64,000 nt of DNA from Camelus ferus. Taxonomy: Eukaryota. Positions 52,434 through 64,000 of the stretch are shown here, piece after piece. Numbering within the stretch: position 1 is the stretch's first letter; every line of letters starts with the position of its first letter. The position numbers and the translations under genes are program-made. The notes beneath the pieces were generated by a model that did no database searches, had not been told where the DNA came from, and was given only the letters and a program-made list of their open reading frames with translations. The stretch is taken from contig NC_045696.1 in NCBI RefSeq assembly GCF_009834535.1, positions 115,694,001 through 115,758,000 on the forward strand, in the 5' to 3' direction.

Positions 52434-52898
52434 TGTATTAATAGAGTCAATCATTTACTTCCCAAAGGTACACATCTTTGCCAAAAAACAAACAAACTTT
52501 ACAATGCCTTCCCATCATGGGTATAGCTTATTTCTTCTTTGTCTGAGTTTGGGTTAACCATGTGACTTGCTTTGGCCAATGGCTTATTAGCAAATGTTGT
52601 GCAAACAGAGGTTTGAAAAGGCCATTTCCATGAGAAAGACATGCTTGGACTTGTCCAATGGTCCCAGAAGAGCTCACATGTGGACAGAGCTATTGCAGAT
52701 TAGCTGCCCTAGTCCAGCCTTGCCCACAACAAAGCTGCCAGTCAACCTGTAGGAACATGAGTATGCCCAGACAAGACTGTCTGAGCCCAGCCTAATTATA
52801 AGACCTGTAAGCTAAACTCATTCTTATCATTACATCCAACTGAGATTCTGGTGGTTGTTTCCAGTGCAGCATTACTGTGGCACAAGTTAACAGAGGTA
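52434..52898 (+). mobile_element. MaLR solo LTR (MLT1G/H-like)
   Basis: CCATGTGACTTGCTTTGGCCAATGG and ACTGAGATTCTGGTGGTTGTT..GCAGCATTACTGTGGCA. Confidence 0.8.
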
Positions 52899-53137
52899 GT
52901 CTCCTTTCTTTGTTTCTCCTGTTCTACATAATTCCTTAACATTGGACTGACCTTAATCTTTGAACCTCTTCATATCAATTAATAATCCAGAACATTTATT
53001 CTTCTCCCTTTATTTGTATTAGTAATACTTAATTGCAGGAAATGGCACTAAATGGTATGATGAACTCTAATTCAGGAATCAAAGTTGTGGATTCTAGGGG
53101 TGATATAAAGTAATGAGTAAAGAACAGACTCTGAGCG

Positions 53138-54410
53138 AAGAATACTCAATGGAGAAAGGATACCCTCTTCAATAAACAGTGCTGGAAAAACTGAACAACC
53201 ACATCCAGAAGAATGAAATTGGACCCTTATCTTATACTATGCACAAAATTAACTCAAAATGGATTAAAGATTTAAATTTAAGACCTGATACTATGAAATT
53301 CCCAGGAAGAAACATGGGGAAGAGATCCTTGAACCTAATCTTGGCAATGCTTTTTTGGATATGACACCAAAGCATAAGCAATAAAAGATCAAATTAGTAA
53401 GTAGGACTACATCAAATTAAAAAGCTTCTGCACAGCAAAAGAAATAATCAACAAAATGAGAAGTCACCCTAAGATATGTGAAACAATGTTTGCAAATAAT
53501 ATATCTGTTAATACCCAAAATATACAAAGAACTCATATATGTTGATACCAACAAAACAAACTATCCAATGAATCCAATTTAAAAATGAGCAGAGGGATGG
53601 AATAAACATTTTTCCAAAGAAGACATACAGATGGCCGACAGGTACATGAAAAAATGCTCAGCATCACTAATCATCAGGGAAATGCAAATAAAAATAATGA
53701 GATACCATCTCATACCTGTTAGAATGTCCATCATTGAGAAGATAAATGATAGCAACTGTTAATTAGGATGTGGAGTAAAGGGAACTCTTGGGCACTGATG
53801 GTGGGAATGCAAATTGGTTCAGCCACTGTGGAAAATAGTATAGAGGTTCCTCAAAAAAATTAAAAATAGAACTATCATCTGATCCAGAATTCTCATTTCT
53901 GGGTACATCTCCAATGAAATAAAAACAGGATCTCAAAGAGATACTGATACTGCAATGTTCATTGCAGCATTATTCACAATCGCCAAGATACAGAAGCAAT
54001 CTTAGTGTCTGTCAATGGATGAATGAATAAAGAATAAATCACTCATGCATACACACACACACACACACACACAAATGAAATATTATTCACACATGAGAAA
54101 GAAGGAAACTTACTTGTGACAACATAGATGGATCCCAAGGACATTATGCTAAGTGAAATAAGTCAGATGGAGAAAGACAAGTACTGAATGATGCCACTTA
54201 TACGTGGGGGAAAAAGCCAAACTTATAGAAAGAGAGCATAGAATGGTGGTTACCAGGGGCTGGAGGTTGGGGAAAATGGGGAGATATTGGTCAAGAGTAT
54301 AAACAGTGGTCATTCTTCTGCAGTATACAGGTGTATTAAATCAACATGTTGTACACTTTAAATTTATACAATGCTACATGTCAATTATATCTCAATAAAG
54401 CTGGGAGAAA
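53138..54410 (+). mobile_element. 5'-truncated L1 (L1MA9-like)
   Basis: ORF 53179 (KINSKWIKDLNLRP); ends GTCAATTATATCTCAATAAAGCTGG. Confidence 0.93.
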
Positions 54411-54429
54411 TAGGAAAAACAGTTGGGGC

Positions 54430-54966
54430 CATATCCTTGTTCTATGATCCAGTTCTGGGGACTTGGAGACGCAGTTCATACTAAAGTCTTTGTGTCTCAG
54501 TTTCCTTATCTGTAAAATGGACAAAATGGAGTACCAACAGAGGACCACTGTGAGGAGTAAATAAAATAATCCACGTTAAGTCCTTAGTATATTGAATGAT
54601 GTATCATGTCTTAGTTTATTCAGGCTATTGTAACAAAGTGCCGTAGACTAGGAGGCCTATAAGCAGCAGAAATGTATTGCCCACAGTTCTAGAAACTAGA
54701 AGCCTGAGATCAGAGAGCAGGAGGGCCCTCTTCCAGGTCACAGACTGCTCGCTGTGTCCTCGGGTGTGGAAGAGGCAGGGGAACTCTGTGTGGTCTCTTT
54801 TATAAGAGCACTGATCCCATTCATGAGGCTCTGCCCTCATGACCCAGTCCCCTTCCAAAAGCCCCATTTACTAACACCATTACCTTTGGGGGTTAGGATT
54901 TCAACATATGAATTTTGGGGCACACAAAGACTTAGACCATAGCATACAGTGAGGATTTAATAAATG
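54430..54966 (+). mobile_element. MIR split by an MLT1A LTR
   Basis: Core TCTCAGTTTCCTTATCTGTAAAATGG; the tail resumes after 54944 (ACAGTGAG..AATAAATG). Confidence 0.7.
54607..54944 (-). mobile_element. MaLR solo LTR (MLT1A-like)
   Basis: TGTCTTAGT...TTAGGATTTCAACATATGAATTTTGGGG..ACCATAGCA; homologous to 10963-11323. Confidence 0.92.
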
Positions 54967-55335
54967 ACCTCTTAATATTTATTATTTAAATAGTTCTGGG
55001 ATTCCTTGACTATCAGTCTCCCTGAGCCTTAGTTTCCTCCTCTAGGTTTTGCTTCATTTTATCTTTCTATAATTCAAAATCATAAAATCTCAATCAAAAA
55101 AAAAAAAAAAACTTGTCAAGGCACCAAAATGAACCCTTGTCTGTTATATGAATTCCAATTTAAATTATACATAATTGAGTTTCCTTCAGTACTCTTTTGG
55201 GAAATACTTGCCTTTTGAAAGGGATCAACATTTTAGGCTAATGAGATAATCTTTAATGATGTAATTTGAGGCCAAAAATGAGTAAATGGGAGATCATTTA
55301 GGCTAGATTGTTTGGAATTATAGCCTTCAGGTGTG

Positions 55336-57040
55336 CAGTGGTGTGTTTAGCTTGCCATGTTCTCTGAAAAAATATGTGTGTGCATGTACACACATATTCA
55401 TATATGTTTATTAGAAGTTCACTGATAAAAAAGATATGTAACACACTACTTGCAAATAATAAAACATAAAATCATCTTTATTATAGACTCCTGTGGCCAA
55501 ATGATTCTCACTAAAGGTTTTCATTGATTTTGGCAAAATGTTTGTAACCATAAACACATGATGGCTGCAACTGATGAACAAGAGCAATTCCTACGTGAAT
55601 GTTGATTGACATTTTTGTTTATGTTTATTAGGAGGATAAAAGTGAAACAATAAAGATGTATGTTGGAAACTAGTATGTTCACTAATTTTTCATTGACTGA
55701 GTGATTTCTGTACTGAATAGTATAATGGTTTGAGATCCTGGAAAAATACTCTCCCAATTTATGATAGTTTGTAAATTATTACAATTTATAGCAATTTACT
55801 ATCTACAGACACTGCACACTTTTTTTTTTATCAAAGACTTCATTTTTAGAGCAGTTTTATGTTCACAGAAACATTGAGAGGAAGATACGGACATGTCTCA
55901 TGTCCTTGTTCCACACATGCACTGCCTCCCCATCATAACATCCCCCACCGGGTGGTACCTTCATTACTGCTGATGAAACTACATTGCAACATCATAATCA
56001 GCCAAATTCCATAGTCTACATTAGAGTTCACCCTCAGTGTTATGTACCCTATGGGTTTGGACAACTGGATAATGACGTATATCTGTCATTATGATATGAT
56101 ACAGCAAATTTGCACTGCCCTAAAAATCCTCTGTGTTCTGCCTATTTATCCTTTTCCCCTCCAAACTCTGGCAACCATTAATTTTTTACTGTGTCCATAG
56201 TTTCCCTTTTCCAGAGTGTCGTAGAGTTGGAATCATACAGTATGTAGCCTTTTCAGACTGGCTTATTTCACTTAGTAATATGTGTTTAAAGTTCCTTCAT
56301 GTCTTTTCACACCCTGGTAGCTCATTTCTTTTTGGCTTTGAATAATATGTCATTGCTTGGCTGTACCACAGTTTATTCATCCATTCATCTACTGAAGGAC
56401 ATCTTGGTTTGTTTCCGGGTTTTGGCAATTATGAATAAAGCTGCTATAAACATCTGTGTATAGGATTTGGTGTGAACATAAGTTTTCAGATCCTTTGAGT
56501 AAATACCAAGGTGCATGATTGCTGGATCATATGGTAGGACTATGTTTAGTTTTGTAAGAAACCACCAAACTGTCTTCCAAAATGACGGTATCATTCTGCA
56601 TTCCCACCAGCAACGTATGAAAGTTCCTGTTGTTCCTAAACCTCGCCAACATTTGAAGCTGTCAGTGTTTTGGATTTTGGTTATTCTAATATGTATGGAG
56701 TAGTATTTAATTGTTGTTTTAATTTGCATTTCCTTGATGACATATGATGTGGAGCATCTTTTCATATCCTTATTTGCCATCCATGTATCTTCCTCAGTGA
56801 GGTGTCTGTAAAGGAGTTGGCCCATTTTTAATTAACACTGCATACTTTTCAGATTAATCTGAATTTTTTTAACAGTTTCCATCACTTTATTACGTGTACA
56901 TCATCAACAAGGCAATGAATCAAGCCTTCATTTGTAGCATTTGCCAGCATCTGATAGCTGTAGTATAAATATTACCACCACAACAATTAACAAATACTGT
57001 ACCACCATAGCTGAGTTCAAGCTACCAAGAAGTCATCATA
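55336..57040 (+). mobile_element. MER63-like hAT-Blackjack element interrupted by L1
   Basis: Starts CAGTGGTGTG; ATTTGTAGCATTTGCC..TTCAAGCTACCAA at 56930-57030. Confidence 0.7.
55824..56834 (-). mobile_element. L1MC1-like 3' end
   Basis: ORF 56385-56825 is an L1 ORF2 C-terminus (MKRCSTS..LPYDPAI); TSD ACACTGCACACTTTT (55809) / ACACTGCATACTTTT (56835). Confidence 0.92.
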
Positions 57041-57617
57041 CATGCACCCCAATGTTCATAGAAGTATTACAATAGCCAAGACATGGAAGCAACATAAATG
57101 TCCAATGACAGATGATTGGATAAAGATGTAGTGTGTATGTGTGTGAATATGATCACAATGGAATACTACACGGCCATAAAAAGAATGAAATAATACCATT
57201 TGCAGCAACATGTATGGACCTAGAGATCTTCATTCTAAGTGAAGTAAATCACACAGAGAAAGACAAATATCACATGATATCACTTACCTGTGGAATCCAA
57301 AAAAAATGACACAAAGAACTCATTTACAAAACAGAAAGAGACTCACAGACATACAAAACGAACTTATGGTTACCAAGGCAAAAGGCAGAAGAGGGATAAA
57401 TTAGGAGTTTGGGACACACTACTGTATGTAAAATACATAAACAAGGACCTACTGTATAGCACAGAGAACTATACTCAATTTCTTATAATAACATAATGGG
57501 AAAGAGTCTGAAAAGAAAATATATATGTGTATGTATATGTATAACTGAATCACTTTTCTCTACACCTGAAACTAATATTGTAAATCAACTACACTTCAAT
57601 AAAAAAATTTTTTTAAA
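57040..57617 (+). mobile_element. L1 3' end (cetartiodactyl type)
   Basis: ACATGCACCCCAATGTTCATAG..ACAAGGACCTACTGTATAGCACAG..AATCAACTACACTTCAATAAAAA. Confidence 0.92.
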
Positions 57618-59929
57618 GAAACAATAGAGACATGGCTCACTAATCAGCCTTTATAACTCAACATTTCCCAGAGTTTTGGCATATGTTTTGTTTAAATCAA
57701 TTTTTTGTTTGTTTCCAATTTCCCAAAGAAAAACACCCTTAAAAAATTCAAATGGGAGTTTCTGCTGCATGGCTTCCCAAGGGAGTGCCTCTCAGATGTG
57801 ATAATAGTGGCATTAATAAGGCACCATTTTTCCTCCATTATTTCAGGGTTCAGGTTCCACGTTCCCTTCCATAACATCAGTGGAAATGACATAATCGAAG
57901 TATGTTATATCAGATGTTTTCACAGGCATCATGTTGACCCTGGTGGTCCTTCACAGAATGCGCACTCAGTGGAGTCATTACGGTTATTCTTAAAATGGAT
58001 CGTCAGTGCAATTGCCATTGTACAAAAAGCGCTATGAGCATTGACGGCTTCTCTGCTTTGACTTCAAATGTGAGTATCTCAGTAATTAAAATCACAAACG
58101 TAATCATAGCAACAAAGGCTCTGTCTTCCACGCTCATCTTTAAAACACAGTGCTGGTTTTTTCTCCCTGCCCCATTTAGATGGAATAAAGTGGTTCCACA
58201 TTTTGGGTTCAGTTTTGACGTGAATTGAATAATGCAGTTAACCAAGATGTCTAGTCAACATCATTATTTTTCATACCGTAACTCATTTTGTGCATCAGTT
58301 GACATTCACTGAATCAAATAATTCAAAATAAACAGTTATCATAAAGACCATGCTCATGGAACTTTATAGGCACATCAATCAGATTTATATAGACTCATTA
58401 GGAAAGAAAAACATACACATGGAAAAACACACACACACTCTACATCCCGCCAATCAACAAGCTTAAGAAAAATCCCAGGTTCTTTTATTTCCTCTCCTGC
58501 TTTTGCTAATGTATTGTGCCAGAAGAACAGCCTGACAGATTTAGGCCAGAGTTTAATCGAGTTAAAATTGTGTGAATGCCAGGAATTTTCAGCCTGATTT
58601 GAGTCAAAATAGCTGAATCATAAATCCTGCCCAGACTGACTTTGAAAGGAGCCCAAAGCCCATTTCCTTCCATAGAGTTGGAGGAGGAGGGTCAATGTCA
58701 TAACGTGTTCTGTACTCAAGCACTAGACGGACTGCTGGACATTCAGCATTTGTTTGATGGACATTGTACATTCTCAGCCACTCAGATACCATCACAGAGA
58801 TAAAACCAAGAAAAGAGCGTGACCGAAGGGGCGGGAGGAAGTGAAGAGCAGTTTGCATGACATGTTCACGACGTGGAGGGACGTTCCTAACAACTAATTT
58901 ATTGAAAAAAGCCAATCAGACACTCTTTCAGAGGATGGAGGCTATAGACACCCATCTGATCATGTCTATCAAAGTGAGAAAAATCTTTAATACCGACTCT
59001 CCTCAAGGGAAAGAGAGATACACTTTAAAAGTGCTCTTCTCAAATCCAGAGCTAGAAATCAATAAAGTCACCAACACTGGACGGGTGGGACTTCCTAGTC
59101 ATCGGATTGAAGGCCGGCTTCTCTGATCTCAAGGCTTGACGGATCCAACTGTGCCAATTAGAATCAAGCTTTAGATACAGCCTTGGTTTGTTTTTTCTTA
59201 AAATGTTTTGATGAATCTTAATACACAGGAAAGAAGTTACAGGCAGTCCAGGACAAGCACACTTTTAACCTATGAAACTGCCCTCCAAGAACATTTAATT
59301 GTATAATTTCTGACTCAGGAGCCCTAAGTAAGATCAATAAAACAAGCCCAGGTAACTGGTTCTCATATACTCCTAATTTTATTTCCATTTTATAAATACA
59401 TATGTCCTGCTTGGATCTTGTAGGGGAAAGGTTTATACAGTGTGGCTTTGCAAATCTTTACACCGCTGTCTAATTTCAACTCCAGATGGTTTTGGCAAAT
59501 TATAGAACTAGATCCATTTTAAATTTCCCATTTACTATGATAATATGAATAGAAGAAATTTCTCTAAATTCTGCCCCTAAGCAGAACCCTGGACTGAGGT
59601 CAGCTTTCTCACTGCAAAAATCATTCTCCCACCGTAGCGTGTTTCCAAGCTCCTGGAAATGGTAAGTAGGGAGAGAGGTTGCAGCAAATCTTTTTCCCTT
59701 ATGACTCCAGCCCCCGATCCTGTCTCTGAGCCCAAGATATTTCCTATTCAGTGGCCTGTGCAGAAGCCTTACGTAACACACCCTCTTATGAATCGACCCC
59801 TACTAATTTTACTTCTTTTCTTCTATGCTTCTCTGGAAGGAGTACTTGGCCAGATGATGCCAGCACTGCCAGGGGTGGGTACTTTCCAAATAGCTTCGAA
59901 GTGAGGCAAATTACATTAGAGGTGGTATG

Positions 59930-60116
59930 TTGTCAAGTCAGCGTTCAGGTTTGAAATCCAGCTCTGACCTTCCCCAGCTTGGCTAACCTTCTGCTAAACC
60001 TCTGTGAACCCTGTGCTTTTATTTCCTCATCTGTAGCATGGGTATGGTAATGATCTAGCCCTCAGGCCTGTTATGACTGTAAAATAATACATTGGGAAAC
60101 AATTATAACACGGGCA
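59930..60116 (+). mobile_element. MIR interrupted by an LTR
   Basis: GTTTGAAATCCAGCTCTG..TTTCCTCATCTGTA; a probable tail lies after 60598. Confidence 0.7.
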
Positions 60117-60598
60117 CGTAGCGAAGAGTGACAATATGCCATCTCGAATATGTCACTTTAGCATAAGGACTGTTTTGAGTTAGAGGCACTTAAAAAAACC
60201 AGCAAATGCAAAAACAAAACAAACAAAACACCCCAGACTCCTTTCTTTTTTCTTAAAAGCAGGAGATGAAATTCCCCTGTGAATGATGTCCTCTCTGTAC
60301 CTGAAGGAAAGCGACATTTTTATCATCAAGAGTGAGTTGAACAGAATTCTCCACAAACAGACCTTATGAAAATAATTATTATTCTTTAGCCTTTTCACAT
60401 GGTTATTTACTTTTCCACAACTGCTTCTGTTTGTTCAGCTTGCTATAAAAGCACGCAGGTATTTCCTACTTCTTTGGGTCTTTGCTCCTCGTGAGGGTTC
60501 CCATGTCACATAAAACTTAACAAAAATGTGCGTGTTTTCTCCTGGCAATCTATCTTAAGCCAGTTTCTGTTCTGAACTGCCCGAGAATCTCCTTTACA
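60117..60598 (+). mobile_element. ERV1 solo LTR (MER34/MER39-like)
   Basis: AATATGCCA..AATATGTCACTTTAGCATAAGGA..TTTTGAG 5' signature, TATAAAA near 60445, ends TACA. Confidence 0.78.
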
Positions 60599-62087
60599 AG
60601 TTTGCCAGCTTACGAGGAACACTCAATATAGGTGTAAAAAGCAAAAACAAACAAAAAACACATTATTTACATTCATTCCAAATCCAAGAGTGGCTTACCC
60701 ACGGCCCTCGGTAAGAAGGAGAGAAACAATGAGATGCACCCTCGGAAGGTGGGTGGGGGCCTCACCTGTGCGTCTAAGTCGTCCCTCAGGCCATTGGAAG
60801 GCGGCTTCAGGTCCCATTCCTCAGAGCCAAAACTGTTAAAAAAACGATTAAAGAAGACAATTTTGGTGCTGTTAACAAACATTTCGAGGACTATCTCCTT
60901 TCAGAGAACTGCAAAATGGGCTGGAAGGCAAGAAGCTTGTACAGGATAAAGAATAAAGAACAAGAGAGAGACAGACAGAAAGCATCTGGCTGTCTGGGCC
61001 GCACACGTGACTGCGCTTGGGCTGAGAAGGAGCCAGGAGGTAATTGCTTGGCTTGGCCATTGGGGAGTGGCCGACTGGCTACTTCTGGCCACACAGAGCA
61101 TTTCACAGGGACACGGCAGTTATCTAAGTTTTGGTTTGCTGACCTACCACTTCAGGCAGGAGTGGCTCAACCTTCAGCCTAGAATTTTCCTTCAACAGAA
61201 GGAAAATTATTTTTCCTCCCCTCCAATTCTGATTTGGTAATTCAAAAGGAAAGACAGGACCTCGATTAAACACAAAAAACCTCCAAAGGTGATTTCTGAC
61301 ATCTAGATGGATTTCAAAATCAGTGACTTGGCTCACACAAAGGCTCTTTGATAAGAACCAAAGAGATGGTAGCTTTCATAGACTCACAGGATGTTGGGAA
61401 AGGGTAAAAAAAAAAAAACAAACAAAAAAAAACAAACAAAAAAACTTGGAGATCACCTAGAGATTAAGCTTTCAACAATTTTCGTGGTAGGAACCTTCCT
61501 CCAATTCCCATGGAGAAGCACAATAGGTAAAAACAGGAAGACACATAGCCACTCTAGTGGACACCACTGTGGACGGGACCCCCCCCCCCCCACCAGGCCC
61601 TCATGGTGCAGCGGAGACTCCCAGGAACACAGCTGAGAAGTTGTCAGTTTAGAGATGAGGAAACTAAGGCCCAGAAAGTCAAAGTCACTTTTTAAGGTTA
61701 ACAGCTAACTGACTCCTTAGACGTGATTAGAGCTTTTTCTTTACACAAACCAGCTTAACTTCAAAATTCAGGAGTAGCCTAAAAAGCCAGCTATAGAGTA
61801 AAAGTCAACTGAATAAGTTACGTGACATAGTGAAGCAAAAAATAAAACCACATTGTATTTAACAAGTGTTTGTCTTTTTTCTTTTCTATTATTTCTGCTT
61901 TTCCCTACCTTTGTCTTCTCCCTTTAGAAAATACTAAAAAAAATTTATATTTAAATTATATTATATAATTATATATATATAATAAATATATATATTATAT
62001 AATTATATAATAATATAATTTAATGTTACTTATTATAAATAATATATAATGCATAATATTATAATACTGTGATATATATTATATATA

Positions 62088-62350
62088 TAGTTGATCCTTG
62101 AAGAACACAGGTTTAAAGTGCATAGTTTCAGTTATACGTGGGTTTTTTTCAATAAATGCACTGTGGGCCCCCCATATCCATGGGTTTTGTGTTATTATTG
62201 GTACTGCGTTTATAGTCCACTGTTGGTTGAATCTGCCAGTGTGGAATCTATGAATACAGGGGGCCTACTGTGGGACTTAAGCATCTGAGGGCTTGGTAAC
62301 CATGATGGTCTTGGAACCAATCCCCTGCAGATCCTGAGGAACAGCAGTGA
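62088..62350. mobile_element. Tigger2/MER8-type TcMar MITE
   Basis: AGTTGATCCTTGAAGAACACAGGTTT..GGAACCAATCCCCTGCAGAT; inserted in TA-rich DNA. Confidence 0.85.
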
Positions 62351-63745
62351 TATAATAATATATAATGTTATAATACATACAATAATTCCATCTTGGTGAA
62401 CCATGAAAGAGGTGTGTGAGCTTGTTTATACAGATCTGTATCTTCCTAAGAAATGGGTTGTATAGAAAAGGGCTTGAGGTAGATTCTTTGATTATTTACT
62501 CATTATGATTTTTAAAATGTGATTGTTCTAAAAGCGACTTTCACTTTTTTGGGGTATACTTGAATTCAAAATGTATATAAAAAGGACATGAACTCTTCCA
62601 CACAGACTGTAATTGGGACTCTAGGTCAGAGTCAGCCTTGAGTTCAAGGACTGGGTTCCGGATTTATTCCTGCGGAAAACGGCAGCGCCTTGAATCACTG
62701 AATGATTCCAGAAGGGATTCTTCATGATTTGATTTATTTCCTAGAAAAAGGAGACTTCACACCAAACAAGTATGTCTGACACTAAAGATGATTGTTCTCT
62801 TTATGTCCCACTAAGTTTAGATTTTAGCTTAGATTGGAGCTTGGAGTTAGCTCATAATATCTGCATAAAATATAGATAACTGAATGAGGTCAGAGACTTC
62901 AGAATTGTTTTCTCAAATACGTGTATTACTAACACAGCCCTGAGTCACTTTTTTACAGTCCATCAAGTCTTTTTCAGCACTTCTCATCTTTAAACATCGC
63001 AAGTACTTTAGGCAAGGCCAGTGCAGCAAAAATAAAATAAAATGCCCAGGAGAATAATGCGTGGTTTGATACGTTTTGTGTTTTCTTTCTTTTGAGTTGA
63101 CATATCCTGTTCCAGGATTTGCTTGTGTTCCCTCTTCCATTTTTGACGACAGCCATTTACTGGACTCACAGCTTTAAGGATTTTTCTATGGCCTCCTTAA
63201 ATCTCGTGTTAGTCATTATCTTATATGACTCAATATACTGCGTGTCCTCACTTCTGTTCCCTGCTCCAGGGCTGCCTGCTCGCCGGACGTTTGTGTTCCG
63301 CCCGGGCGCATTTCCTCATCTGCGGATATATAGTTGACTTTCTGGCGATGCTGACTTTTGATAGTTTATATTTCCTGTTCTTTTTAAGTTATTTACTTTT
63401 ACAGTGCGTTTTAAAAGTGACCCTGGGAAGCATATTCATTCCCCAGCCAAGACTCTGCCTCGTAAAGCCTCTCTGCCTTACACTACCCTGCTCTTCTCTC
63501 CGATGCATCGCTCCTTTGGGCATCTTAGTGCTGTGGCCCTTTATGGACACTCATCTAATTGTTGCTGCCACGTGGGCAGCACCTAGAACGCGTCCCTTGT
63601 TGGCCCAGAGCCAGGTTTCACTGTGAGCGTACGTGGGAGGCTGAGCAGGGAGGGAAAGGACCTCATCATTCTCTTTGATGTACACCTTGAGGGATCTTTC
63701 AGAAATCCTTGGCACCTTCTTCTTCTTCTATCTTTTACGTCCCAT

Positions 63746-63948
63746 TTTTCTTTTCTTTTGTTTTAATTGAAATATAGTTCGTTTACAATGTTGTGTTAAT
63801 TTCTGATACAGAGCCTAGTGATTCAGTTTTACATACAAATATATGCACACATATTCCTTTTCATAATCTTTTTGATTATAGGCTATTACAAGGAATTGAA
63901 TACAGCTCCCTGTGAGATACAGTAGGAACTTTTTGCTTATCCAATTTC
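63746..63948 (-). mobile_element. L1 3'UTR fragment
   Basis: TTAATTGAAATATAGT..TTACAATGTTGTGTTAATTTCTG..GTGATTCAG. Confidence 0.88.
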
Positions 63949-64000
63949 ATGAAGATTTTCCACAAAGTTCCAACTGCACCAGATCGTCTGCCAAAGTTCA

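Overview
Mammalian genomic DNA, almost certainly camelid (four Vic-1-type tRNA-derived SINEs). I found no supportable protein-coding exon, RNA gene or CRISPR-like array. The recognisable ORFs are LINE-1 ORF2 remnants and the rest look like chance ORFs. The window reads as intronic or intergenic and is dominated by transposon fossils: L1 of several ages, L2, MIR, MaLR/ERV solo LTRs, and hAT and Tigger DNA elements. The most notable structures are (1) a young L1 3' end inserted into an old L1 and flanked by a 96-bp duplication, (2) a near full-length Charlie5-type hAT with readable transposase motifs, (3) a locally templated insertion inside an L1 3'UTR, (4) an L1 with a 5' end, an inverted ORF2 piece and a 3' end, and (5) a small orphan CpG island near 19.9-20.3 kb. 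I did not find evidence for a new multi-gene system. Repeat family names come from my recollection of consensus sequences, and boundaries without TSDs are approximate.
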